A DNA stretch of 64,000 nucleotides from Abditibacteriaceae bacterium (GCA_031372065.1 JANMKN010000015.1:1683-65682); one strand, 5' to 3'. Counted from the first letter of the stretch, positions 44,692-54,302 are shown. Notes: generated by a model not told the origin, from the letters alone. Made by a program: numbers and translations.

Positions 44692-47043
44692 ATGCGTGCA
44701 GTTTTGAGAATGGGCGTGGCAGCGACGCTGCTGGCGTCCACAGTTTTGATCGCCGCGCCGGGCGCCCTCGCGCAGACGGCGAACGCCGCGAAGCCGTTTT
44801 TACATCCGCTGTTCACCGATAACATGGTGTTGCAGCGCGGCGTGGCCGACCCGATTTGGGGATGGGCCGAGCCGGGCCAGAAAGTCACAGTCAGTATGTC
44901 GGGCGCGGCGGAAACGGCCACGAAAACCGAGCGTTTCGCTGTGAAATCGAGCGTCACGGCGGGCGCCGACGGCAAATGGCTGGCGAAAATCGGCCCCTTA
45001 AAAGCGGGCGGCCCGTATTCGCTGATGGTTTCTGGGCCGCAAGATGTGACGCTAAACAACGTTATGGTCGGCGACGTGTGGATTTGTTCGGGCCAGTCGA
45101 ATATGGAAATGGGCATCGGCGCCATCAACGCGCCGGACGACATTGCTAAGGCGAATAACCCCAATATTCGCTTGTTTACGGTGCCCAAAGCCGTCGCCAT
45201 GACACCACGTGATTTAACGAGCGGCCAATGGGACGTTTGCACGCCCGAAACTGTGGCGAAGGGCGGCTGGGGCGGCTTTTCGGCGGTTGGTTACTTTTTC
45301 GGCAAGAATTTGCAAGAAAATCTCAAAGTGCCCATCGGCCTGATTCACACTTCGTGGGGCGGCACCATCGCCGAAGCATGGACGAGCGCCGAAGCGCTGA
45401 AAGCCAATCTGCCCGAATTCGTGCCCGCCGTCGAGCAAGTCGAAGCCGCCGCCAAAAACCAAAATGCCGCGACTTTCGCGCAGCAAATGGCCGATTGGTG
45501 GACGAAAAACGATCCCGGCACCGCCGCTAACTGGCAAAATGCCGATATTGACGTGGCCGCGTGGAAAACGATGAATCTTCCCGCCAAATGGGAAGATGCC
45601 GGGTTACCCGATTTCGACGGTGTGGCATGGATTCGCAAAGAAGTCGCAATTCCCGACGCGTGGGCTGGCAAAGATTTGACGCTGCATCTCGGCCCGATTG
45701 ACGACAACGACAGCACTTTTTTTAATGGCACGCAAGTTGGCTCGACCGAAGGTTGGCAGGCGCCACGCGATTATAAAATCCCCGGAAATTTGGTCAAAGC
45801 TGGCAAAAACATCATTGCAGTGCGTGTTCTGGATACCGGCGGCGGCGGCGGCGCTTATGGGAACGCCGCAGATATGAAACTCGAAGCGCCAGGCGCCGAA
45901 CCGATTGCTTTGGCGGGCGCGTGGAGTTTTAAAGACAGCGTGCCACTTAATAAAACCGCGCCTGCTCCAGCGCAAATCAATGGCAATCCGAACGTGACGA
46001 CGGTGCTTTACAACGGCATGATCGCGCCGCTGGTGCCCTTTGGCGTTAAGGGCGCGATTTGGTATCAAGGCGAAAGCAACGCCGGACGCGGCAAGCAATA
46101 TCAAACGCTTTTGCCGACGATGATTAAAGATTGGCGCAACCGCTTTGGCGTCGGCGAATTTCCGTTTTACATCGTGCAGCTTGCCAACTTTATGGAAGCC
46201 AAAGATCAACCGGGCGAGTCGGCGTGGGCCGAATTGCGCGAAGCGCAATCGCTGACTTCGCAAACTTTGCCCAACACCGGCATCGCTGTGGCGATAGACA
46301 TCGGCGATGCCGCCGATATTCATCCGCGCAACAAGCAGGAAGTCGGGCGTCGCTTGGCGTTAAACGCTTTAGCGAAAGATTACGGTCAGAAAATCGAATA
46401 TTCCGGCCCGCTTTACGATTCGATGAAAACCGAAGGCGGCAAGATTCGCTTGAAATTCACGCACGCGGCGGGTTTGGCAGCGAAGAAAATGCCCGCGCAT
46501 GACCCAGCCAAAGCTGTTGATTTGCCACGAGGTCATTGGGCTTATAAAGCACTGGATAAACTTGCCGAAGTCGGAATTATCGAGGGGAAGCCCGACGGCA
46601 CTGCTTTTGGCAATATTGGCAATAAAGTGGTGGCCCGCTATGAATTTGCCGTAGCCATCGCGCGTCTTTTGCAAAAAAATCAACTCCAGCCAGAACGTAA
46701 CAGTGGGCCACTGGGCACCACCATAAAAGCACCGCTGATTTCAGAAGAGAAAGCCTCACTTATACAAATAGTTTCCGCCCTGCGCCAAGAATTCTTGCCC
46801 GAACTCGTTCAACTTGGCATGGATAAATCCGTCGGCAACCTGAGTGGTTTTGCCATCGCGGGCGACGACAAAAAATGGTTTTGGGCCAACGCAAAAATCG
46901 AGGGCGACGAAGTGGTTCTGTGGAACGAAGCTGTGTTCAACCCCACCGTTGCGCGCTACAACTGGGCTGATAATCCCAACGGCAATCTCACCAACGCCGC
47001 CGGTTTGCCCGCTGTGCCGTTTCGCACCGATAGGCCGCAGTAA
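44692..47043 (+). CDS. Sialate O-acetylesterase (SASA) family esterase with a nested SLH-like insert
   Basis: GGAGG lies 8 nt before the ATG at 44692. It has a signal peptide, GDVWICSGQSNM (the catalytic Ser motif) and a family-typical C-terminus (LSGFAIAGDDKKW...GLPAVPFRTD). An insert carries HWAYKALDKLAEVGIIEGKPDG...ARYEFAVAIARLL. Confidence 0.8.
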   Translation: MRAVLRMGVAATLLASTVLIAAPGALAQTANAAKPFLHPLFTDNMVLQRGVADPIWGWAEPGQKVTVSMSGAAETATKTERFAVKSSVTAGADGKWLAKIGPLKAGGPYSLMVSGPQDVTLNNVMVGDVWICSGQSNMEMGIGAINAPDDIAKANNPNIRLFTVPKAVAMTPRDLTSGQWDVCTPETVAKGGWGGFSAVGYFFGKNLQENLKVPIGLIHTSWGGTIAEAWTSAEALKANLPEFVPAVEQVEAAAKNQNAATFAQQMADWWTKNDPGTAANWQNADIDVAAWKTMNLPAKWEDAGLPDFDGVAWIRKEVAIPDAWAGKDLTLHLGPIDDNDSTFFNGTQVGSTEGWQAPRDYKIPGNLVKAGKNIIAVRVLDTGGGGGAYGNAADMKLEAPGAEPIALAGAWSFKDSVPLNKTAPAPAQINGNPNVTTVLYNGMIAPLVPFGVKGAIWYQGESNAGRGKQYQTLLPTMIKDWRNRFGVGEFPFYIVQLANFMEAKDQPGESAWAELREAQSLTSQTLPNTGIAVAIDIGDAADIHPRNKQEVGRRLALNALAKDYGQKIEYSGPLYDSMKTEGGKIRLKFTHAAGLAAKKMPAHDPAKAVDLPRGHWAYKALDKLAEVGIIEGKPDGTAFGNIGNKVVARYEFAVAIARLLQKNQLQPERNSGPLGTTIKAPLISEEKASLIQIVSALRQEFLPELVQLGMDKSVGNLSGFAIAGDDKKWFWANAKIEGDEVVLWNEAVFNPTVARYNWADNPNGNLTNAAGLPAVPFRTDRPQ

Positions 47044-47060
47044 CGGATGCAATAAACACG

Positions 47061-47098
47061 AAAAAGCCGCCGCGAAAATTTTCGCGGCGGCTTTTTTT
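47061..47098. terminator. Bidirectional terminator
   Basis: AAAAAGCCGCCGCGAAAA / TTTTCGCGGCGGCTTTTTTT between convergent genes. Confidence 0.85.
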
Positions 47099-47112
47099 GC
47101 TTGGTGTGGAAT

Positions 47113-47382
47113 TTACTCGCCCGGATAAACCGAAATCTGGCGGGCGCCGTTGCGCTTGGCGCGCTTGGCCGGCTCGAATTTCACGATGCCGGTGGAAGTC
47201 GCGAAGAGCGTGTCGTCGCTGCCAATGCCAACGTTCGTGCCGGGGTAATATTTTGTGCCACGCTGACGCACTAAAATCGAACCAGAACTGACGGTTTGGC
47301 CCGAAAATGCTTTGACGCCCAAGCGTTGTGAATTGGAATCGCGCCCGTTGCGCGATGATCCCATACCTTTTTTATGTGCCAT
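47113..47382 (-). CDS. rpmA: 50S ribosomal protein L27
   Basis: [24 protein letters not shown]... is the canonical L27 N-terminus. Confidence 0.95.
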   Translation of the reverse strand: MAHKKGMGSSRNGRDSNSQRLGVKAFSGQTVSSGSILVRQRGTKYYPGTNVGIGSDDTLFATSTGIVKFEPAKRAKRNGARQISVYPGE

Positions 47383-47471
47383 TTTTAGCTCCTTCGGAGA
47401 GTTTTGAGTTTAAAGTTTTGATTTGAATCCGATTTAACTCAAAACTTTTAACTATAAATCCAAAACTCGGC

Positions 47472-47783
47472 TTACACCGTAATCGAATCAATGCGCAGCA
47501 GGGTTTGGTGCGCGCGGGCACCGATGCGGCGGCGATAATTCTTTTTTGCTTTGTATTTGAAGACGCGAATCTTCTCGCCTTTAGCGTGGCGCACAATTGT
47601 CGCGGCGATTTTAGCGCCTTCGACAACAGGCGCGCCGATTTTGGCGTCGGCGCCTTCGCCCGCCACTAAAACCTCGGCGCCTTCAAAAGCGCTGCCCGGT
47701 TCTCCTACAAGTTGATCTACCAAAATCTCGCTGCCGTCTTGCACGCGAAATTGTTTGCCGCTCACGCGAATCACTGCGAACAT
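47472..47783 (-). CDS. rplU: 50S ribosomal protein L21
   Basis: MFAVIRVSGKQFRV... is the canonical L21 start, and the gene lies upstream of rpmA. Confidence 0.93.
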   Translation of the reverse strand: MFAVIRVSGKQFRVQDGSEILVDQLVGEPGSAFEGAEVLVAGEGADAKIGAPVVEGAKIAATIVRHAKGEKIRVFKYKAKKNYRRRIGARAHQTLLRIDSITV

Positions 47784-48004
47784 CGTCGTTCCTTTTAGCT
47801 GAATAAGTCGTTAAAAAACGTCCCTCTTCAGAGACGCCCTACAAATCTTAGCAGCCACCTTCCAAAAGTTCAAGGCTTCGGGCTAAAGTTTGCCCTGCGT
47901 AGCATGATATTAATATTTTGTCCCTTGCCTTCAAACAAAAAGAGTTTGGCACTGTATCTGCAAAAGCGGTGGTGACGGCATTTCACAAGGAGAGATTGAT
48001 TATT

Positions 48005-48460
48005 ATGGCAGACGACAACATTCAGCACGGGATTGACGACGATCCGAAGAACGATGCAGAAAAGGGTGCCGCTTTAGGCGGCTTAGGCGGCGCAGCAGTC
48101 GGCGCCGTAGCCGGCGCAGCCGCAGGCCCGGTGGGTGCCGTTGTGGGCGCCGTGGCAGGCGGCTTGGCAGGCGCAGGTGCCAGCGGCGCGGCAGTGGCAG
48201 CTGTGGATCAGGTTGATAACGATAACACGGTTACCGGCCTTGGCGATGGCGCTACCCGCGACGTAGAAAATCAGGCACACGATGTCACACGCAATGTGGC
48301 GGACATGAATGCCGATCGTCCCGGCAATGGCGTGCCCGGTGTGCAGACGGGCGGAACCGCTGTGGATGGTGCGCCCGATACGCGGGGCGTCACCGAAAAA
48401 GCCGCAGATGTCCTCACCGGCGACAAGGTTGATGACAACACGGGCAAGCGCGTCGATTGA
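48005..48460 (+). CDS. Glycine-zipper small protein (paralogue 1)
   Basis: AAGGAGAG RBS before the ATG at 48005. Gly/Ala zipper EKGAALGGLGGAAVGAVAGAAAGPVGAVVGAVAGGLAGAGASGAAV. Confidence 0.65.
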   Translation: MADDNIQHGIDDDPKNDAEKGAALGGLGGAAVGAVAGAAAGPVGAVVGAVAGGLAGAGASGAAVAAVDQVDNDNTVTGLGDGATRDVENQAHDVTRNVADMNADRPGNGVPGVQTGGTAVDGAPDTRGVTEKAADVLTGDKVDDNTGKRVD

Positions 48461-48487
48461 ATCACTTTCAAAACACGGAACAAGTCA

Positions 48488-48545
48488 GTGCAACGTAAAA
48501 CGCCTTGATGGATAAATTTATCCATCAAGGCGTTTTACGTTGCAC
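48488..48545. repeat. Perfect 58-bp palindrome (29-bp arms, no loop)
   Basis: GTGCAACGTAAAACGCCTTGATGGATAAA is followed directly by its exact reverse complement. Confidence 0.95.
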
Positions 48546-48603
48546 CTTGCCCCATGTTTTGAAGGCGCGCGATGAATCTGATACGATAAAATCAAGGCGC
48601 AAA

Positions 48604-48927
48604 ATGTGCCTTGTGGCGAAATGGGGAGGTTGTGCAACTTTGAATGAGAACGTGATTCAACCAGAAGAAGATTATGTCGGCACAGAAACTTTAAATGACA
48701 CCGAAAAAGGTGCGGCTTTAGGCGGATTAGGTGGTGCTGCTATCGGCGCTATCGCAGGAGCAGCGGCTGGCCCGGTGGGGGCTTTAGTCGGCGCTTTGGC
48801 CGGTGGTTTGGCGGGAGCTGGGGCCAGTGGCGCAGTGGTCAACGTGCTTGAACACATCGAACATTCCGACGACACACAGACGCACGCCAAACAGCCTGAA
48901 TTGGAAGCGGACGAGCAGATTTCCTAA
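48604..48927 (+). CDS. Glycine-zipper small protein (paralogue 2)
   Basis: Same zipper (EKGAALGGLGGAAIGAIAGAAAGPVGALVGALAGGLAGAGASGAVV). The start is either the ATG at 48604 or the TTG at 48640; the TTG has a GGGGAGG RBS and aligns better with paralogue 1. Confidence 0.6.
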   Translation: MCLVAKWGGCATLNENVIQPEEDYVGTETLNDTEKGAALGGLGGAAIGAIAGAAAGPVGALVGALAGGLAGAGASGAVVNVLEHIEHSDDTQTHAKQPELEADEQIS

Positions 48928-48943
48928 GCCAAAAACGAAAAGG

Positions 48944-48986
48944 GCAGCGGCGCGCTTGAAATTTCAAGCGCGCCGCTGTGCTTTTG
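48944..48986 (+). terminator. Rho-independent terminator
   Basis: GCAGCGGCGCGCTTGAA-ATT-TCAAGCGCGCCGCTG followed by TGCTTTTGG. Confidence 0.75.
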
Positions 48987-49023
48987 GTGCTATCGTGGGC
49001 CAAAGTTGCGCCATAATATAGAT

Positions 49024-49614
49024 ATGACCGCGTTGTTAGACGAAGTGAGAAACGAAGCCTCAATTAATGAAATCGTTAATGAAGCCGCGCTTCAGGCGCT
49101 TTATAACCAATTGAACGCGCTTTATTTTGAAAACGCACTGCCACTGTGCCGGATTTCGTGGAGCCGCCGTCTGACACGGGCGGCGGGCAACATCGAAGTG
49201 CGGCGCAAGGTGATTAAATTGTCGGTGCCACTTTTGATTGAAGCCTTTCAGGGCGATTCGCTATTTGCGCCGCAATTTGTGATTTGCGGTGTGGTATGCG
49301 ACTGCCAGCACAGCGCCTTGCGCGAAATTCTTAAGCACGAAATGATTCATTTGTGGTTGCACGAGCGTGGCTTGCCAAGTGGTCACACCGCAGAGTTTCG
49401 GGCCAAGGCGCGGGCCATCGGACAGCCGAAAACGCGCCACGCCATTGATTTGCCGCGCCCGCGTTGCGGTTGGCTTTATACTTGCGGGCATTGCGGGCAC
49501 GAATTCACGCGCCGCCGTCGTTATGGTCGCGCGGTGGCCTGCGGCCCCTGCTGCAAAAAGCACGGCGGCACATTCGATGCGCGGTTTAAACTGCGTGGCA
49601 AGCGCATTGGTTGA
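49024..49614 (+). CDS. SprT-like zinc metalloprotease-domain protein
   Basis: HEMIHLWLHE (HExxH) plus a C-terminal Cys cluster (CGHCGHEF...CGPCC). Confidence 0.7.
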   Translation: MTALLDEVRNEASINEIVNEAALQALYNQLNALYFENALPLCRISWSRRLTRAAGNIEVRRKVIKLSVPLLIEAFQGDSLFAPQFVICGVVCDCQHSALREILKHEMIHLWLHERGLPSGHTAEFRAKARAIGQPKTRHAIDLPRPRCGWLYTCGHCGHEFTRRRRYGRAVACGPCCKKHGGTFDARFKLRGKRIG

Positions 49615-49641
49615 TTTTTCAAGAATGTGAATTAGGATTTT

Positions 49642-52089
49642 ATGCGACGGCAATGGACGCGATGGGCAGGCGCGGCGCTTTTAATAAGTGGTGCGTATGG
49701 GCATTTTCGCGCGCCGCAGCCACCCCTGCCGCATCACGTTGGCGGCACGATTATTCCACAAATCGGTCATGTGGGTGGGATTCGCGCTTTTGTCATCGCA
49801 CCCGACGGAAAAACCGTCGCCACGTTGGGCAAAACGATTAAGTTTTGGGATACGCAAAGCGGCGCGCTGCTGCGCACTTTGAGCCTCGGCAAAGCGCCGT
49901 GGCAGCCACGCGACCTACGTTTTTCGCCTGATGGAAGCACCTTAGCCTTTTTAGATGACACGCCCGACGGCACGCAATTGCGCTTGGTGGATACCGCATC
50001 AGGGCGCCTGTGCCCGATAAAAACGCCGGTTGGTTATAGCCGCGATTTCGCGTTTATCGAAAAAGAACGGGTTTGTCTCACCGTCAACGAGCAATTGCGA
50101 ACTTACGACATCGCCTCTGGGCGCTTGCTGCAAATAAATAAAGTATCATCCGTTTATCCGTGGGGCGCGGTGGCGGGCGATGTTGCTTTGACTGGCTACG
50201 GGAAGCAATGGGCGCTGTGTAATTTGCAAACGGGCCGCACGCAGAGCTTACAGCGCAACATTAATTTGCAAGCCGCCGCGTTTTCTGCCGATGGCCGCGT
50301 TTTACTTACCGGTCAGAATCGTTTTCCCGCCCCGCAACCCGCGACGCGCGACAGAATTACCTTTTCGATTGTGAGCATGGACGAGGACGTGCCACAAATT
50401 AAACGCGCGGTGCGGCCTGTTTCAGAACCAGCGGAGTCGCCCGATGGCACGCTGGCGCTGTGGGATGTGCAAAAAGGCAAGTTGCGGCGTGTGATTACCG
50501 CATTTCCCGCGCAAGTGGGCGCTTTTCGTGGCGTGGCGTTGTCGCGCACCGGCCATCTGGCGGCGGCTTATGGCAGCGAAACTTATAAAGAAGGCTATCG
50601 CACCTGCGTGAAGCTATGGGACTGCACTACAGGCCGCTTAAAAGGCGAATGGGCGCTGAATTCAGATGGTTTTTTGATGACGGCTTTGGCGGTGGCTGAC
50701 GACGGCAACGTGAGCGTAGTGGGACTTAAAACCGATGCCAGCGGCGTGGCCGGTGCGCCGCAGGTGTGGAATTCGCGCACGCGCCAATGGCGGAATAACG
50801 CCATGGGAAACATGGCCGATGAATGGCGCCATCTCGAATGGTCGCCCAATGGCACGATGTTAGCGGGCAGTAGCGAAATCGGTTCGCCTCTGGGCGCGGG
50901 ATGGCGCGGGCCGGGCGGTTTTGCGGGCTATTATTATTCGGCTTATTCGCTGGGCGGCGCTATGCCGACCTTTATTTTTAGCGGCGGGCCGGGCTTTGCT
51001 GCTACCACCATTCGCCTATGGGATTTGAACGACGGAAAAATGCGCCCCGGTTTTTGGGGGCCGATTGTGCCGCCGCGTCATAGTGCGGGGCAGGGCGTCG
51101 CGGCATTGCAACAAGGCGGTTTGGCCTCGGTTTTGGGCGTCTGCGCGTTTTCGCCCGACAATCGTTTATTAGCCAGCGACGAAGGCGGCACCATTGCTTT
51201 GCGCGATGTGAAAAGCGGCGCTGTAACCCGCACTTTGGCCGCGCTGCCGCCTAATTTCGTCAATGTCGGCGATTGGTCGCAGTTCTCTTGGTCTCCGCAA
51301 GGCAGCACAACCGGCAATACGCTAATCGCGTTGACAAAAGCGAACTTGGAGAACAGCGTGCCAACGCTCGCCACACTGACTTTATGGAACACAAAAAACG
51401 GCAAGCTCAAAGCGATTTTAGCAGCAAATGCGCGCGATATTAAAGCCGCTTATTCCGCCGATGGCCGCGCTGTGGTTGCCTTAATTGACGGCACGCCGCG
51501 CGGTTGGGATGAAAACGGCTTTGCTATAAATGTCGCGTCTTTGCCCGCTTTGCCCTGCGGCACCACAGAATTATGCCCGCGTTTGCTGACGCGTCAAGGG
51601 CAAATAATGCGCGCGTTACGCAAAGGCAAAACGGCTTTTATCGAAACGCGCGCGGTTTTGAATGGCAAAGTGGCGAGCTACGACTTTCCGATGCCATTCA
51701 ATGGCAATTCGTTGGCGCCAAAACAGCTTTTTGTGGCGCCAGACGGCAGTTCTGTGGCAGTGCAACAAGCCAACGGCGCGTTGGCGCTGTGGAATTTGAA
51801 TAACTGGGAATTGCTCGGCCATGTGGAGCTAAAATCCAGCGAAAACATTGTTATCGCGCCCGCGCCGGGAGGCCGTTTAGTCGCGGTGGCCCAGCCCGAA
51901 GGCGCCATCCAGATTTACGATCCGGCGCTTTCGTCTTTGCCACTCACTTTGCAGGTTTTGCCCTCGCTCAAACCGCGACGCGGCGGGCAAGAATGGGCCG
52001 TTTTTTCACCCGATGGTTTTTGCAACACTTCGCCGCAAGCATCGCGTCAGTTGCGCCGCTTGGCCGCTGGCAAAATGCCTTTGCCTTGA
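49642..52089 (+). CDS. Large WD40/beta-propeller repeat protein
   Basis: 815 aa with many FSPDG/WSPNG/VAPDG blade motifs and an N-terminal hydrophobic segment. Confidence 0.7.
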   Translation: MRRQWTRWAGAALLISGAYGHFRAPQPPLPHHVGGTIIPQIGHVGGIRAFVIAPDGKTVATLGKTIKFWDTQSGALLRTLSLGKAPWQPRDLRFSPDGSTLAFLDDTPDGTQLRLVDTASGRLCPIKTPVGYSRDFAFIEKERVCLTVNEQLRTYDIASGRLLQINKVSSVYPWGAVAGDVALTGYGKQWALCNLQTGRTQSLQRNINLQAAAFSADGRVLLTGQNRFPAPQPATRDRITFSIVSMDEDVPQIKRAVRPVSEPAESPDGTLALWDVQKGKLRRVITAFPAQVGAFRGVALSRTGHLAAAYGSETYKEGYRTCVKLWDCTTGRLKGEWALNSDGFLMTALAVADDGNVSVVGLKTDASGVAGAPQVWNSRTRQWRNNAMGNMADEWRHLEWSPNGTMLAGSSEIGSPLGAGWRGPGGFAGYYYSAYSLGGAMPTFIFSGGPGFAATTIRLWDLNDGKMRPGFWGPIVPPRHSAGQGVAALQQGGLASVLGVCAFSPDNRLLASDEGGTIALRDVKSGAVTRTLAALPPNFVNVGDWSQFSWSPQGSTTGNTLIALTKANLENSVPTLATLTLWNTKNGKLKAILAANARDIKAAYSADGRAVVALIDGTPRGWDENGFAINVASLPALPCGTTELCPRLLTRQGQIMRALRKGKTAFIETRAVLNGKVASYDFPMPFNGNSLAPKQLFVAPDGSSVAVQQANGALALWNLNNWELLGHVELKSSENIVIAPAPGGRLVAVAQPEGAIQIYDPALSSLPLTLQVLPSLKPRRGGQEWAVFSPDGFCNTSPQASRQLRRLAAGKMPLP

Positions 52090-52158
52090 GAATTCTTTAA
52101 TTGTCACGCCAAACGAATCTCTCTATACTGCGCTCTTTTCCAAATTTCGATTGCATCC

Positions 52159-53034
52159 ATGAACGAAGAATTCAATGAACGCCTGCATAACGCGGCGCAG
52201 CGGGCGCAGATTATTTCGGAGGCGTTGCCGTATATTCGTCGCCTGAGCGGTCAAACCATTGTTATTAAATATGGCGGCGCGGCGCAAACCGACGAAAACC
52301 TCAAAGCCGCCGTGATGGGCGACATCGCGCTTTTGCATTATGTCGGCGTGAAAGTCATTGTGGTGCATGGCGGCGGGCCGGAAATTTCCGCGATGTGCAA
52401 GCAAATGGGCATCGAGCCGCAGTTTGTGCAGGGAATGCGCGTCACGGATGAAGCGACGATGCGCGTCACGGAAATGGTGCTGGGGCAAATCGGCAAAGGC
52501 ATCGCGCATTATTTGGGGCAGCAAGGCGCGCCCGCCGTTGGCTTGTCCGGCAAAGATGGCAACCTGTTTCGCGCCATCAAATTTCAAGGCGAAGCCGATT
52601 GGGGCTTGGTCGGCGAAATCGAAAACGTTAATCCGCAAATTTTGGACACGCTTGCCAAAGAAGGTTTTGTGCCCGTTGTCACGCCCATTGCGCCGGGCAG
52701 CGCCAACGAAACTTACAACATCAACGCCGATTTAGCCGCCGCTGCCATAGCAACTGCCGCGCAAGCCGTGAAACTGCTGCTCCTCACCGATGTGCCCGGC
52801 ATTTACCGCGATTTCGACGATAAAAGCTCGCTCATTCAGCAAATGAGCGCCGATGAGGCCGAGCAACTTATCGAAAGCGGTGCGGTTTCTAAAGGCATGA
52901 TTCCCAAAGTGCGCTGCTGCGCCGATGCGGTGCGCGGCGGCGTCGAAAAAGCGCACATTGTGGATGGCCGCGCGCCGCACGCCGTTTTAATCGAACTATT
53001 CACCGATGCCGGTTGCGGCACGATGATTTTTTGA
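52159..53034 (+). CDS. argB: Acetylglutamate kinase
   Basis: ALPYIRRLSGQTIVIKYGGAA start, with a full-length amino-acid-kinase pattern. Confidence 0.92.
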   Translation: MNEEFNERLHNAAQRAQIISEALPYIRRLSGQTIVIKYGGAAQTDENLKAAVMGDIALLHYVGVKVIVVHGGGPEISAMCKQMGIEPQFVQGMRVTDEATMRVTEMVLGQIGKGIAHYLGQQGAPAVGLSGKDGNLFRAIKFQGEADWGLVGEIENVNPQILDTLAKEGFVPVVTPIAPGSANETYNINADLAAAAIATAAQAVKLLLLTDVPGIYRDFDDKSSLIQQMSADEAEQLIESGAVSKGMIPKVRCCADAVRGGVEKAHIVDGRAPHAVLIELFTDAGCGTMIF

Positions 53035-53072
53035 GCGTTCCATTTAGAAGTATGACCAAGAGGAGAATTTCG

Positions 53073-54302
53073 ATGGTTGGAGCAACACTCGAAAACGAGC
53101 ATTTGACACTGGCTGAACTGCAATCTGTTGATGCACAAAATGCGTTTCAGAACTACGGCTCGCGTATTCCGGTGGCGTTTGTGCGCGGTGAAGGCGCGCG
53201 GATGTGGGATGTCGAAGGCCGCGAATATCTCGACTTTTTGGGCGGCATCGCCGTAACGACGCTCGGCCACGCCCATTCGCGCGTCACTGAAGCGATTGCG
53301 CAGCAGGCGTCGCAAATTCTGCACACCGGCAACTATTTTTATATTGAGCCGCAAGTCAAACTCGCCGCGCGCTTACGCGAAATTTCGGGAATGCGCGCCT
53401 TTTTCTGCAACAGCGGCACCGAAGCCAACGAAGCCGCCATTAAACTCGCGCGCAAATGGCAAAAAGACAACGAAAATCCGCAGCGCGTGGAAATCATCAC
53501 CACGCACAACTCGTTTCATGGCCGCACTTATGGCAGTTTGGCCGCGACAGGGCAGCCGAAATATCACGAAGGCTTTGCGCCAATGCCCGAAGGATTTCGC
53601 CATGTTACCATCAACGATGCCGGGGAATTGCGCGCCGCTGTCGGCGAAAAAACTGCCGCGATTTTGCTCGAACCGATTCAAGGCGAAAGCGGCATTATTC
53701 CGTGCGATGACGAATATTTGCAACTCGCCCGCGATTTATGTGACGCGCAGGGCGCTTTGCTGATTTGCGATGAAGTGCAAGCCGGAATGGGGCGCACTGG
53801 CAGGTTTTTCGGGCACGAATGGGCCGAAATTAAGCCCGACATGATTACGCTTGCCAAAGGTTTGGCGAACGGCGTGCCGATTGGCGCTTTGCTGGCGCGC
53901 GATGAAATCGCAAAGTCGCTGACGCCCGGCAGTCACGGCTGCACGTTTGGTGGCAATTTCCTCGCGTGCGCGGCGGCTTTGGCGACTTTAGAGGTGGTTT
54001 TCGAGGACAATTTAATGGTCAACGCGGCGCACGTCGGCGATTATTTCAAGTCGCGTTTGTGGGATTGGGCGATGAAAACAGGCGCCATTCACGAAGTGCG
54101 CGGTTGCGGCTTGATGATCGGCGTGTCGTTGGAAAAAGCCATAGCGCGCGAACTGATGCTTGAATCGCTGCAAAACGGCCTTGTTTTCAACGCCATTGGC
54201 ACCAACACGCTGCGCTTTTTGCCGCCGCTGATTGTGACCACCGATGATGTGGACGAAGCCATGAAAATTCTGACCGCAGCCTATAAAACGGTGGCTTCAT
54301 GA
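53073..54302 (+). CDS. argD: Acetylornithine aminotransferase
   Basis: GAGGAG RBS before the ATG at 53073. Class-III aminotransferase motifs are present (GSEANEAAIKLAR-like, LICDEVQAGMGRTG, LAKGLANG). Confidence 0.9.
   Translation: MVGATLENEHLTLAELQSVDAQNAFQNYGSRIPVAFVRGEGARMWDVEGREYLDFLGGIAVTTLGHAHSRVTEAIAQQASQILHTGNYFYIEPQVKLAARLREISGMRAFFCNSGTEANEAAIKLARKWQKDNENPQRVEIITTHNSFHGRTYGSLAATGQPKYHEGFAPMPEGFRHVTINDAGELRAAVGEKTAAILLEPIQGESGIIPCDDEYLQLARDLCDAQGALLICDEVQAGMGRTGRFFGHEWAEIKPDMITLAKGLANGVPIGALLARDEIAKSLTPGSHGCTFGGNFLACAAALATLEVVFEDNLMVNAAHVGDYFKSRLWDWAMKTGAIHEVRGCGLMIGVSLEKAIARELMLESLQNGLVFNAIGTNTLRFLPPLIVTTDDVDEAMKILTAAYKTVAS

Noticed and set aside
43506-46323. Shadow ORFs 43506-44276 (+) and 45604-46323 (-); also 52123-52638 (-), 52836-53354 (-), 10649-11212 (+), 40256-40747 (+) and 24515-25024 (+)
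   Set aside because: Each lies fully inside and opposite to a longer ORF with clear family motifs, and shows the Arg/Ala/Gly-rich bias expected from antisense frames.
47784-48004. Possible ribosomal-protein leader RNA upstream of rplU
   Set aside because: The region is untranslated and of suitable length, but I cannot recognise a defined L21-leader structure by eye. A covariance-model search would be needed.
48271-48528. ORF 48271-48528 (-) and the 48505 start of the plus ORF, both beginning MMDKFIHQGVLRCT
   Set aside because: The identical N-termini on opposite strands are a mirror artefact of the perfect 58-bp palindrome. The real second glycine-zipper gene most likely starts at 48604 or 48640.
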